Assembly (NCBI GenBank): GCA_032718475.1 | Contig: JAUCBJ010008301.1 | Location: 1-53,039 of the forward strand | Direction of reading: 5' to 3' | DNA length: 53,039 nt | Source: Nemertoderma westbladi | Lineage: Eukaryota; Animalia; Xenacoelomorpha | Shown: positions 10,643-23,966 of the stretch, in pieces | How the letters are laid out: every line of letters starts with the position of its first letter | Position numbering within the stretch: the first letter of the stretch is position 1 | Made by a program: the position numbers and the translations under genes | Notes under the pieces: generated by a model | Told to the model about the DNA's origin: nothing | The model's database searches: none | Seen by the model: the letters and a program-made list of their open reading frames with translations, nothing else

Positions 10643-12292
10643 ATGGCCCGAATGTGCGTAGTTGTGACCAGTTGTGTGGTATTTGTGAGTTTATAGGTGA
10701 ATGTTACTGCTAAGGTGTGTTTACAGTAGCTAGTCGCAATCGTAAATGTAACCTAACTGTCCAAGGAAAACCTGAAGTACATCTAAGCCTTTGGGACGGA
10801 CAGTTGAGTGACTTGTGCCGGTTGTCGTTGTCGTTGTGCGGCTACGTCGTTGGCGAAAGTACAGTGGCGACGACACATCGGCGCTGAGGATCTCGTACTG
10901 TCCGGGGGTTGATTGTGGTAGGCAGCGACGCCCGCTCGCCTAAATATAAACTCATTATAATATGGATAAACTCATATATAGCAGATGTGACGGAGTTGAT
11001 AGAAAATGGTCTTGGTATCGGGGAGCGATATACTCTACTTTTACAAGCGTTTGTTGATAGCTTAATACGCGGCGACGTTAGTCCAACTGCTGCGGAGGAC
11101 GATGGTCGTTATATCGAATCGACAATGTCCCAAGTGCAGCTCTCGCGAGAGTTGGACTATAGAAAATTTGCTGCTCGATATACGCAGCGTAATGGTACGT
11201 ATATGGGCTTCTTAACTACTGATCATCCTATCGATTTACACCATACGGACTATGTCGACTATATATCCTGCCCAGCGGAGTCGGAACCATAAATTGAAAT
11301 TCGAATGCGAAAATTCTATTCGAAATCGGCTAAAAAGAAAAGGCATTAACGAAACAAATAAACGCGGTAACTCCAACATATATTTGGAATTCTTGATAGA
11401 AGCATTGTAACAACAAATAAATATCATCCACGTTTCCCCTACCAGACGTGCGTCTTTGGTATTATTATGATAAATGCCCTAGACCCAACTAATAAACGGA
11501 AAGACATAAACATCCACGGAAACGTTATGTTAAACACAGTTGTGCTCGTTATATTTACTGGAGTTTCGAGCGAAACTTGTTTGACGTATCACCTATGCTC
11601 ACTCGGCTCGAACGATCCTGGAGTAAACCTACGATCAGAGTCCCGGAATACTCGGTCAAACCTCCTCATTCCTTAGTTGGACCTCAGACCTGCGATCCTG
11701 GTGGTGTCGCGGATCCTCGCGGACGGTATTCACTGTTCAAGATCTAGTGCTACCCTAACAATTAATCGGTAACACTCCGACAGTGATTTCTAGCTAGCCG
11801 CCCATCTTACCTAGCTGGATTATGACGCAGACACCTAATATCACTATCCAACCGTATGGTCGTCCCGTTTAACGCGATACAACCCTTCATCAAGGTGAAG
11901 GAGAGCGTTGTACGAAACGAGTTAAACGCTATTCTATAAAGATCAAAAAAGAAACCTGCGTTTGTTCAGATAAATGTAAGTTATAACAGTAAGTCCAATC
12001 GATAAACGAATTGGCCTTATCTCAGTTCGATTGGAAAATCTCGAATCTCAAAGAAGATATCGAACTTAAGCAACCCCATTCTCTGCGAGAGTTTTTGGAT
12101 GAACGTATCCAGCTACGAGCGGAGGAAAATCAGCTCGAGGAGAAGCATATCGAAACGGCGGATACCCCGACCATAATCCTACACCTTCTGATGCAATCAT
12201 ATTGTACCCTTCACCCAGGATTTATAGCCCTCCTAGTAAAGAGGCTCGCCCCAAAGAGAAAAGGACTCTTGCTAGCCCCAAAAACTGCGTAA
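10643..12292 (+). pseudogene. Decayed env-like (class I fusion-like) ORF of copy 1
   Basis: Position before the PPT; hydrophobic N-terminus (MARMCVVVTSCVVFVSL); NVT sequons; RTVR|GLIVVG cleavage/fusion-peptide-like motif; Cys-containing middle; hydrophobic C-terminal stretch; many stops and frameshifts. Confidence 0.5.
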
Positions 12293-12395
12293 ACGCCGTC
12301 TGCGTAAGAAAGACTAACTGTTTAGAGTATCTTTATATTTTAGAAACTGTGATTTGTTATATTTTATAGACTTAAATCCCATTTTCTGGGAGCGG

Positions 12396-13648
12396 TGTAA
12401 AAGCTTTTGCGTCATTAACCAGTTATTTTCCCTTAAAGTACTCTGTAGTTGGTTTGCCAGGCATAAAAAGGCCGTGTCCTTGCTGTACTGGTGTTTTAGA
12501 GGACATAAAAGTCATTTCTTCTGTATTTGAACTGTATTTGTACTTTAGAGGACATAATCTGCAATTTCATGACGTAAAAAGCTCGATACTCTTGAAAACA
12601 GTGTCGCTACCATGACGACGGCTAACGGCTGGTATTGCCACGTTGCAGCTTTCTGTATCTGCCAATAGAATTTGAGTTAGCTTTGATTTTGACCTATCAC
12701 AGAGCTATTGAACTGAAATTTTCCTATCTCACTGCTCTTTCTCTGTGTTGAACGGGAGCTTCGTGGAATAAGGGTAGCTGGTATTCTTATAGTTATTCTT
12801 ATCAGTGTTGTTGGTGATTCTAAGCCAGGAAGAACGGCTTTAGAGTATTTTGTGCTTTTCTGCTTTAGCCCTACACTAGTAGGCTTAATTATAAAGACAT
12901 ATATCCGTTATCTGATGTCTGCATACTGCAGTACTGCATACACTGCATACTGTGTAACACTGTGCATACTTTTATATTGTTATACTGCTATTTACTGTCA
13001 GTTCTTCATAATATGGTTGATGAATTATTATATTTGGAATAACGACAAATAACCCCGAAAACCCAATATTCTTGATATACCGAAGGTAAGAGAGAAAGGT
13101 TACAGATAAATGATTGCGACCTATGTTGAGTGGTTTGAAGTGAATCTAATGTTATTTGATAGACCCTACATGATTCGGTCCGTGTTCCTTTTATATGTGA
13201 CTAAAATCAGTGAAGATCGGCAGATCAGTGTGCAGTATTGTGCAGCATTGTGTATGAGTGAGACTGATAACGAAGCATTTCCTAAAGAATGCGCCATATA
13301 TGTGAATTGTAACTGGGCCATATCGTTGTGAGTAGTTTAAGTCATAACTCTGTTTATATAGATAGAGCGCCACGTCCTAAAGGAACTGTTAATATTTCCC
13401 GAAGGTGAATAATATTGTCAGAGATTATATAATACTGTCAGTCGAATAATACATTAGGCTTACATAGCAATAAAATTAAGCTGTCGAACCCAATCTCCCG
13501 GGTATATCCAACGGGTGAATGATCGCGCACAGATTGGTTTCGACTAGTGTAGTGAATTAAATACTTGTCATAGACTAAAGGTGATTTATTATCTAGAAGA
13601 CATTCTAATTTGGCGGGTTAAACTGCCAAAGGTCTGAAAGCGCGAACA
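12396..13648 (+). repeat. 3' LTR of copy 1
   Basis: Near-identical to 2732-3984; followed by TSD GGCGC. Confidence 0.95.
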
Positions 13649-15667
13649 GGCGCGCAGGTTTAAATTAACATATGCGCTCGCATATGCGGTAATTAATGGT
13701 TGTAGTTGGCCTATGTGCGATTGAGGTGATGCTGGCGCGTAAGATGCAAACCGAAGGTTTCCAATCTTACATGATAACGAAGCTAAAGGCTATCAAGGCA
13801 ACATACCAAGGCAGTCCCCACCCACAGCTGGAGGTTTGAATAATTTAAACTCTATCGCAGGTCCCATTCACGCGTTGACGTACAGTATAGGATTGAAGGG
13901 GATTAGTCATACCACATCTAATAAGAGCCCAACGACCGCAGATGTTCGATGGCGTGGGGAGAAGAGGTGTGGGATTGAAGTTGGTATGCGCGAGAAAAAC
14001 TACAGTAACTAGTATAGAGAAGGTTGGGGTTAATTTGAGACATGGTGTTTGGGTATTGCCTTTGTTGTTGAGCTAATGCAACGACCGCAGATTATTGATG
14101 GATGACTCAGGGCCAAACTGGTCCACTTTATTTTCGGGTGAGGGTAATTTATGTTTTGGGTCCCGCTCGTGTCTTTATATTTAATTCTACCTTTACCTAC
14201 TGTATGGCAAAAATAATACAAATGTATTGTATATTATATTGCACAGTGCCTATTGTGTTGTATATTTCGTTTGTTATAGTACAATTTATTCATCTCGCGT
14301 CCCTATCTGATTGATTTGTATCAAATTAAATTGCCTTTGGCAACATTATTTGATACAAATCGATTGATTAAACAATTAATTAATTGTTTAATCGACCAAT
14401 TAATTAATTGATTAATTAATTAATGACCTACTTAACACCCAAGGTGCGAAGTTGGACTAAACTGTCGCCGAGGATGGCATACTATTACTACTGATTATAA
14501 TCGAAAACGGTTTCGAAATATGCAATCAGCGCATCGATATATTGACCAAAAAAGTGTTTTCGGGCAAATTTTTTTTGCGCAAATCACCAAAAATCGACAA
14601 ATCTCGTAAGGGGGGTTTAGCACCGCGATTTTTGGCCAAAAATAAAAAACGCTGAAATTTGGCGAAAAGTTGCGCAAGAATAAATAGTTTAATAAGTTAT
14701 TGGACAGCATTTTCGATAAAAACCATTTTTGGCCAATTGATGGCCAATTTAGTAAAAAAAAATTGGCCCTTTTTTAAAAAGTTTGTCCCCCCTGTGGCCC
14801 CTGAAGATTAATGTTATTTAAAAAAACAATGTATAGCAGATTTGTAGATTTGGAACCCATAGACCAACGGTTCTCGAGATATTGGCTTCCGAAAATTTGC
14901 GTTTCTTTGACAAAAATATAATTTTTGGAGGACAAAAATTTCCGTCGTCCATTTACACCCAGAAGGAAGGTCTTTTAGGCTTAACGTTCTATACGCAGGA
15001 TGTAGTACTTGAGTAGATCTATAAGATATTTGAGTTACAGAAAATTTAAATGATAGGCGCGCGAGAAAATGAAGTTCCCCAAAGTGGTTTTTTTTACGAT
15101 TTCGAGAGTTCCCCCCTTTCCCCCCCTTAAAATTAACCAAGGTCCGGATCTGAAATATCGAGAAAAAACTCTCGGTTTCCCTTCTTTTCTTTCTAACTGT
15201 CCGCATGCAAAATTTCAGTTCGTGAGGTGTATCCCTTATGGGTGCTATAGCGAACTGCGAGACGAATCCTATATATAGGGATGTGTACACATGCTGGTCG
15301 GCCGACTCAGGGTCGGCCTCCATGGTTATCTGTTTTCTATTTTGCGAGGGGCGCGAATCAAACCAGTTCACCTGTAGGCCTACACACTCCCCGGGCTGCG
15401 CTACTTGCCAGACAGTCAGTGTACAGTGTGCATATTTCCAATTGGGGTTACGTTTCTGCCTATGGAGGTATTTCTGGGCTTCTAATTGGTTGTTTCTTCA
15501 ATAAGCTCACCTCATTGGCTAACACTCTCCCATAGCCAAAAGGTGTGCAAAGTTCATCCCAATTGCAAGAAGGGGTGTCGCTTAGGGGAAATCACTTTTA
15601 TTACTTGTAAATTGTACTTAGGCCTGCCTACTCCTCCCGTATTAAACAGGTAAATCACAATTATATT

Positions 15668-16891
15668 TGTTCGCGCTTTCAGACCTTTGGCAGTTTAACC
15701 CGCCAAATTAGGATGTCTTCTAGATAATAAATCACCTTTAGCCTATGACAAGTATTTAATTCACTACACTAGTCGAAACCAATCTGTGCGCGATCATTCA
15801 CCCGTTGGATATACCCGGGAGATTGGGTTCGACGGCTTAATTTTATTGCTATGTAAGCCTAATGTATTATTCGACTGACAGTATTATATAATCTCTGACA
15901 ATATTATTCACCTTCGGGAAATATTAACAGTTCCTTTAGGACGTGGCGCTCTATCTATATAAACAGAGTTATGACTTAAACTACTCACAACGATATGGCT
16001 TAGTTACAATTCACATATATGGCGCATTCTTTAGGAAATGCTTCGTTATCAGTCTCACTCATACACAATGCTGCACAATACTGCACACTGATCTGCCGAT
16101 CTTCACTGATTTTAGTCACATATAAAAGGAACACGGACCGAATCATGTAGGGTCTATCAAATAACATTAGATTCACTTCAAACCACTCAACATAGGTCGC
16201 AATCATTTATCTGTAACCTTTCTCTCTTACCTTCGGTATATCAAGAATATTGGGTTTTCGGGGTTATTTGTCGTTATTCCAAATATAATAATTCATCAAC
16301 CATATTATGAAGAACTGACAGTAAATAGCAGTATAACAATATAAAGTATGCACAGTGTTACACAGTATGCAGTGTATGCAGTACTGCAGTATGCAGTATG
16401 CAGACATCAGACATCAGACATCAGTGTGTAATATGCAGATAACGGATATATGTCCTTATAATTAAGCCTACTAGTGTAGGACTAAAAACTGAAAACACGG
16501 AGGTGCCAAAAGCCGGTTCTTAGGCTCTGGGCAAAACATAACACTGAACTACTGAGTTTCTGTATACACCTCTAACACAGAGACAACAAACGCTCTGATT
16601 GGTCAACCTGAACAACGAGAGAACAAAGAAACAAAGAAACGTCGACGTGGCAATATCAGCTGCTAGCCGTCGTCATGGTAGCGACACTGTTTTCAAGAGT
16701 ATCGAGCTTTTACGTCACGGAATTACGGATTATGTCCTCTAAAGTACAAATACAGAAGAAATAGCTTTTATGTCCGCTAAAACACCAGTACAGCAAGGAC
16801 ACGGCCTTTTTATGCCTGGTAAACCAACTACAGAGTATTTTACGGGAAAAATACGGAAAAATAACCGGACAATTCAGCAAAAGCTTTTACA
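15668..16891 (-). repeat. 3' LTR of copy 2
   Basis: Adjacent to CCGCTCCC (PPT on the minus strand); matches 26138-27375 apart from a 14-bp indel and one substitution seen. Confidence 0.95.
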
Positions 16892-16994
16892 CCGCTCCCA
16901 GAAAATGGGATTTTCAGTCTATAAAATATAAAAATCACAGTTTCTAAAACATAAAGATACTCTAAACAGTTAGTCTTTCTTACGCAGACGGCGT

Positions 16995-18598
16995 TTACGC
17001 AGTTTTTTGAGGCTAGCAAGAGTCTTTTTCTCTTTGGGGGGAGCCACTTTACTAGGAGGGCCATAACTCCTGGGTGAAGGGTGCAATATGATTGCATCAG
17101 AAGGTGTAGGATTGTGGTCGAGGTATCTGCCGTTTCGATATGCTTCTCCTCGAGCTGATTTTCCTCCGCTCGTAGCTGGATACGTTCATCTAAAAACTCT
17201 CGCAGAGAATAGGATCGTCCAAGTTCGATAACTTCTTAGAGATTCTGGATTTCCCAATCGAATTGAGATAAGGCCAATTCGTTTATCGATTGGACTTACT
17301 GTTATAACTTACGTTTATCTGAACAAACGCAGGTTTCCTTTTTGATCTTTATAGAATAGCGTTTAACTCGTTTCGTACAACGCTCTCCTTCACCTTGATG
17401 AAGGGTTGTATCGTGTTAAACGTGGACGACCATACGGTTGGATAGTGATATTAGGTGTCCGCGTCACAATCCGGCTAGGTAAGATGGGCGGATAGCTAGA
17501 AATCACTGTCGGAGTGTTACCGATTAATTGTTAGGGTAGCACTAGATCTTTGAACAGTGAATACAGTCCGCGAGGATCCGCGACACCACCAGGATCGCAG
17601 GTCTGAGGTCCAACTAAGGAATGAGGAGGTTTGACCGAGTATTCCGGGACTCTGATCGTAGGTTTACTCCAGGATCGTTCGAGCCGAGTGAGCATAGGTG
17701 ATACGTCAACAAGTTTCGGTTTACGTGGATGTTTATGTCTTTCCGTTTATTAGTTGGGTCTAGGGCATTTATCGTAATAATACCAAAGACGCACGTCTGG
17801 TAGGGTAAACGCGGGTGACATTTATTTGTTGTTACAATGCTTCTATCAAGAATTCCAAATATACGTTGGAGTTACCGCGTCCATTTGTTTCTTTAGTGTC
17901 TTTTCTTTCGAGTCGATTTCGAATAGAATTTTCGCATTCGAATTTCTGTTTATGGTTCCGACTCCGCTGGGCAGGATATATAGTCGACATAGTCCGTATT
18001 GTGTAAATCGATAGGATGACCAGTAGTTAAGAAGCCCATATACGTACCATTACGCTGCGTATATCGAGCAGCGAATTTTCTATAGTCCAACTCACGCGTG
18101 AGCTGCTCTTGGGACATTGGCGGTTCGATATAACGACCATCGTCCTCCGCAGCAGTTGGACTAACGTCGCCGCGTATTAAGCTATCAACAAACGCTTGTA
18201 AAAGTAGAGTATATCGCTCCCCGATACCAAGACCATCTTCTATCAACTCCGTCATATCTGCTATATATGAGTTTATCCATATTATAATGAGTTTATATTT
18301 AGGCGAGCGGGCGTCGCTGCCTACCCCAATCAACCCCGGACAGTACGAGATCCTCAGCGCCGATGTGTCGTCGCCTCTGTACTTTCGCCAACGACGTAGC
18401 CGCACAACGACAACGACAACCGGCACAAGTCACTCAACTGTCCGTCCCAAAGGCTTAGATGTACTTCAGGTTTTCCTTGGAGAGTTAGGTTACTTTTACG
18501 ATTGCGACTAGCTACTGTAAACACACCTTAGCAGTAACATTCACCTATAAACTCACAAATACCACACAACTGGTCACAACTACGCACATTCGGGCCAT
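16995..18598 (-). pseudogene. Decayed env-like ORF of copy 2
   Basis: Homologous to 10643-12292; GLIGVG variant of the motif; shares early stop codons with copy 1. Confidence 0.5.
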
Positions 18599-19905
18599 TT
18601 GTCCGTTAGTCAATGCCTTCCAGAATGTCACTGTATTATTATGTATCCTTGGATACTAGCAGTGCGCTATTTATTCCCTATGCTATTCAATGGGACAAGC
18701 TTTCTATTGTTCGTTTAACTCAATTCTAATTCTAGCGTGGTTGTTGCTATGGTGACATTATGCAAAGCTAGCGGTAGAATTAGAGTAATTCCAATGCATA
18801 CAGATCTGGGATGTTATTTAATAGGAATTCTTTAATAGTCAATGTCCTGTTTATACATGACTTTACGAATTTTATCGGCTATTAACTATGTTTGGGAGAC
18901 TTTCGTACACGCATACGCATAATAATATAAATCTCCGCTCCCTTGATCTATTAATTAATGGAATTTTGGGAATGTTATAAATCGCGTAAAATGGCAATTT
19001 ATTAAATTCATTAAAAGACATGAATTTAAATTTATTCCCGAAATTTTATTATTTGATAATTAAATTGACATATTTTGATTCTAGAACATGTCTGGGGACA
19101 CAAGATCCTTAATTCTATGACAATTGTCTTTTTAAGAATATCGGTAAATGCTACGATATCTTAATTGACTAGAATTATTGCAGGATCTGAATTTTACAGA
19201 TTTTGATTTATTAGATTTTGCAAATATTAATTAATTAATATTTGAGATGGGCACCGATTTATTCCAGAACTTGTCTGGGGACGTTAACCACTGATTCTAG
19301 AATTTGTCTTTCAAGTATATCGGTGGGTGCCGCGATATCTTCATCGACTAGAATTACAGATGGTCAAAGGGTTTAACAGATTTATTTTGCGTTATACGCT
19401 ACTGTTAAAGGGACCTCACGCTACTATATGTATTATTTAATATACGGTATGAGAGCAATATCGCACAAAGCAATGTCAGTGTGAAGAGGCAAGTCGTTTC
19501 CAAGGTCTACCCAGAGCTTGGTTTAGCCGAGACACGAGGATCTGAACTTTGCATTCCTAATACTCTGCCTACCAATAATACTTGAATATAGTAGTGGCTT
19601 TATTGTACTTTAATAAGTACGGACATTTCATCTTACTGTAGTTACGTATTTATAATATAATACGGACAGTAAGGAAAGAGAAAAAAGTAATTATTTCTTC
19701 GCCGTCGCACTAAATATAATATAAGTAATTACGTACGTAATAAACACGAATATATATTGCACTAATCTACTAAATAATCGCTAAAATAACATTCTACTAA
19801 ATTAAATAAAACGATTATAATAAAATTACATAGTAATACATACATAAATATAAAAATAATAAAATAATATAAAATAATAGAGTCACACACCCACTCCATA
19901 TGTTT

Positions 19906-20540
19906 TTACGTTATGGAGTCCCTAGATGTTTGAAGGATTAGGGAGGTGGTCGTGGGAAGAGAATCTTGCCTTCCACAATTTCCGGAGAGTCCTCCATTCC
20001 CTTCCGGTAAACACAAACGACCAGCTGGGCGATTGAGTCGCTGCATCCCGAATACAATTCCAGGTTTCCTCTTCGTCCTGGAATAGTGACGATAGAAACA
20101 TCGCTCTAAGTACACGACGGCTTTACAAAGCCGATTCCAGGAGCTATAGTGGTCCGTCGCTCCCTGCAGGAGAGGTGAGAGTCCCTGCGAGACGTCTGAT
20201 GTTCCAGAGCTCCAATCGCTCTCTCTGATCTTCATGAAGGATCCACTCGCGGTGGGGAGGTCCAGATCCACGGCGTCGTCCCTGGCAATATGTAATACCG
20301 ACAGATCTATCCCGGGTTCAAATAACTCCGATCCACCCGTCCGGGTTTTAGGTTTGACTTTCTCCGCTCCCTTGGCTGGTCTAATCTCAGTCGGAGTAAG
20401 ATGGGGAGGCCATTCATCCTCCTTACTCAGGAAGTCGGGTTCACCTAACCGGTCTGTAGTATCTGTCAGTTCTTGAGGAGTTGCTCCTCTGGAAGCGATG
20501 TCAGTTGGATTAAACTTCTTGGGGCAATATCTCCATTGAT
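19906..20540 (-). pseudogene. pol remnant (post-RNase H segment) of copy 2
   Basis: QWRYCPKKFNPTDIASRG...SSWNRLCKAVVYL; out of frame with the gag-protease ORF because of an extra CA at ~20575. Confidence 0.8.
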
Positions 20541-23500
20541 CTACATTGGAGCTAAGATTGTCATTATCTGAGGAGTGTGTGGTGTTCCCTCAGTTGGGTC
20601 ATCTCCCTCACTAGTATCATCTTCCCATTCACTCACCTGGCAGACGCGATCTTGAAGCAGTCTTTCCCTGAGCGTTCTACGGGAAGGTCCAGTAAGGTAC
20701 CAACCTACTCTAGTTCTTACCGCATAGGTCTGTAGTGGCTGCGGTTGAGTAGGTCGTTTCTCTAATGTCTCCAGCGCCTCATGCGCGTTTTGGCCGATGA
20801 GTATTTGCACTCCAGGATAATCAGTCTGGAATCGAGGTATCTTAAGATGTTGGATGCTCTCATCCTCGTCCCAATTATAAAGGTCTGCTTGAGTAGTAGC
20901 GAAGTTCTTTATTGCCACCATTTTGACTGACCTTATACTGTGTTCTCCTAGTTTATCCTGTGGAGTGGACAACTCACCTATATAATAGTCGGCAGCCACA
21001 GCAGATTTCCAAACCTGCATGATCCCTGACATGTTGAGCTTGGTTCGGAACTTGGGTTGTCCAGCAAAGATGTCTTCGGCTAGTTCTTTATCGATGAATG
21101 TTCCTGTGCTGCCGGAGTCCAGGAGGGCGTTCACTATATAGCTCTTCTGAGGTCCGTGGACCCGTAACTGGACTACAGGAAATTCTCGGATCCCTATATT
21201 GGAAGTTGGCGCTTTCCAAGATGGTTGTTGATCGGAAGTAGTTAAGGTAAGGTCGCTGTCTGTATCTTTTTCATGAGTGAGTGCTCGATACACTGCGGTA
21301 TTTATCATGTAACAGGATTCGTTTTCGTCGGAGAACTCGTCCGTATAGAATCCTTCCATCTCAGATTGATCAGTGTCGTTCACATCACTGAATTGGACAT
21401 GTAGTTTGGACTCACTTACCTGACTCGGGCTGTTTCGTTCGAATTCCGTGTGCAACAAGATATGATGTTTTGCGCCGCACTTTGCACACCTTGCGTCGGA
21501 GTGACAGGTTCGCCGTTGGTGTCCTCGTCTGAGGCAATTATAACACAACCGCTTATCCCACATGACTTCACGTCTATCCTTTAGTGATTTCCTCAGGAAT
21601 TTATCACACGCATTTATACGGTGGGGCCCGTCGCACAGCACACATTTCGGCTTGATGTTACTTACTTTAACCTGTGCTATGTGGTGCACACTTGTTCTTT
21701 CCTCGGGCTTTCTCACCTGAATTCTTTTAGGAGACGTAGGAAGGGTTTTTTGTACCGGTTCCCTTCTGTCATTGGGTCGAGACTCGGATTTACTTACCTG
21801 ATCTTTAGGCATTTTATTGACATAATAAGATCTGTCAGTGTCTTTCCCGCTGTCCTCTCCTTGAGAAGTTTGGCTTTCACCGTCGTCGGTATAACATACT
21901 GGTGTTACCCTTCTCCTAGAAATGGGTTTCTCACTTACCTTGTTTTCCAATGTCTTCTCTCTGGACTGCCTTAGGAGCTGTAATTTCACTTCTCTATCTA
22001 AGAATGACATGAGATCAGTCATGGTAGGGTCTCGTCGTTGTTGTTCCATCATATATAACACCTTCTTGTCCCAGCGTGTACCTACTCCACCCTTGGGCAA
22101 AGTAGATGCTAAGGCTCCTACAACCATAGAATTCTGGTATTCATGAGACTTACCTAACCAATCTAGTTGTCTACAGATCTCCTGAATCTCATCGGAAAAC
22201 TCTATAATCCCGCTGCTAAGAAACTTTCGGGGCGCCATTAATTTCGCATATAAATACCTAGCTATGTTAGTCCTATTACCATACCTGATGTTTAGTGTAT
22301 CCCAAACTTGTCTTAATCCATCTGGATGTCCAATAAACTTTAACGCCATTAACTTGGGAGATCCTTCCAAGCACTCGATGAGGTATCTAAGTTTTTCTCC
22401 ATTAGATAGTACAGAGTTCTGTATGTTATCTTTGTAATATTCATTAAAAGGTAACCATTTCATCTCATCTCCATTGAACTTGACGATCTCTCCAACCTTT
22501 ACCGCTTGCCGGGCTTCGGTTCTAGCCATTTGACGCGTAAAACTTTCTTGGGCCATCGTGCTATTTAATATCGAGTTATCGGTATATAAATTTATCGGAT
22601 TATGATCAGTTCTATATGGAATATCATTATCAACAGGTCTATAATTACCCTTAATAGGGTTCACTATAGGAGTTTCTACTTCGCTAGCAGTATAGATGCG
22701 TGTAGGCCCCACACCTTGCGCATGCGATACTTCAGACCTAACAGGTTGACACATTGTTACAGAGGGTGGTGGTATACCCTTTTGTAAATTTACTAATTTA
22801 TCGCGCTCTAGCGCGATATTTTGCTGCACTTCTTGCAACTCTAACTTACTTTCCCTCACTGTTCCCTTTAAATGTTGGACAGTCCCTTCCAACTCTCGGA
22901 CCTGTTGGGAGGAGAGTCTCCGATTCTCCTTCATCTCTCCGAGGAGAATATCCATCCCCCGCCGTCTCTCGTCTACCCAATCAACCACCGAAACGGGATC
23001 CGCCAACGTCGTAGCGGGCAGACGAGGGACAACGGGCGACAAATTTGGAATATTTCGCTCTGGGTCCAGGATCTGAACTGTCTCCTGGGCAGTTCTACGG
23101 GGCACAGGTAGCTTAGTGCTATGCAGAGGGAATTTATAGGTAGCTTCAGGGAGCACAGGCGTATCTATTACCGAAGGGGTGATTTCAAGAACAGGCCTAC
23201 TTATTTCAGGCTCATCTACTATAGTAGGGAGTCTTTCTATTGTAATCATTTGGTCTGTGGGTTCTGTACTCTCTAAATTGGTGTTATTTAGTTGCCTTCT
23301 AACAGCTGGAGGCAAATCAGGCAATTTCTGACGGTGGAATGTTCTTTTACGTCTACTTAGACGAGATCTATTTCCCTTGCCTTCAGTATCGGTGGTATCG
23401 CCTTCCTCAGATGATGTATATCCCTGTCTTTTGGGAGTAGATCGATTCATCATCTGCATATTACTAGCTGTTAACTGTTTATTTATGCAGTCTTGATTCT

Positions 23501-23966
23501 CCTGAATGTTTTCCAATTCTAATTGGGTGGTTTCTTCAGTCGCTCTCCGTTCGGCTTCTGCCACTGCCTCCGCCGCTTTTGCCTCTGCCGCTGCCACTGC
23601 CGCTGCCGCTTTTGTTTCTACTTCTGCAGCTGCCACTGCTGCTGCTACTGCCGCTGCCTTTCTGTCTTCTATACGTTTTTTCTTTACTTGTTCTTCCTGG
23701 ACTCGTGTGATGCGGAGTTGTTCATCAAATTTAGCCTGATTCGCAGCCCTCATTTCCACATCGATGGCATCCAACACAAGCTTGGTTCCTTCACTATTAG
23801 GACTAAGTCACTCTAACCTTCTCCTCAACTCGTCATCACCTAAAAAACGTTGATAGTCTGACAGATAGATGTCAATGGCATCCCTCTTATGCGGTTTCTC
23901 TGCCGTCACTTCGCTCTCGGTTGTATCTAGTAGACTGTCTGACAGGTTCTGCTTTGCGTTAGACAT
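20541..23966 (-). CDS. gag-protease polyprotein of copy 2 (homologous ATG at 23966, in-frame TGA at 23810-23808, then 1078 open codons from 23777)
   Basis: Coiled-coil N-terminus, DUF1759-like region, three BEL-type knuckles (CVLCDGPHRINAC; CYNCLRRGHQRRTC; CAKCGAKHHILLH), ALLDSGS. Confidence 0.85.

Larger units (their letters stand above)
2732..13648 (+). mobile_element. BEL/Pao-type LTR retrotransposon, copy 1, non-autonomous
   Basis: 1253-bp TG...CA LTRs; TSD GGCGC at 2727-2731 and 13649-13653; PPT-like GGGAGCGG before the 3' LTR; BEL-type gag knuckles and protease; no RT or integrase motifs found. Confidence 0.93.

Noticed and set aside
14435-15580. Possible DNA-transposon remnant and 185-aa ORF in the spacer
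   Set aside because: Repeat-like composition, but I could not define TIRs, a TSD or any protein motif.
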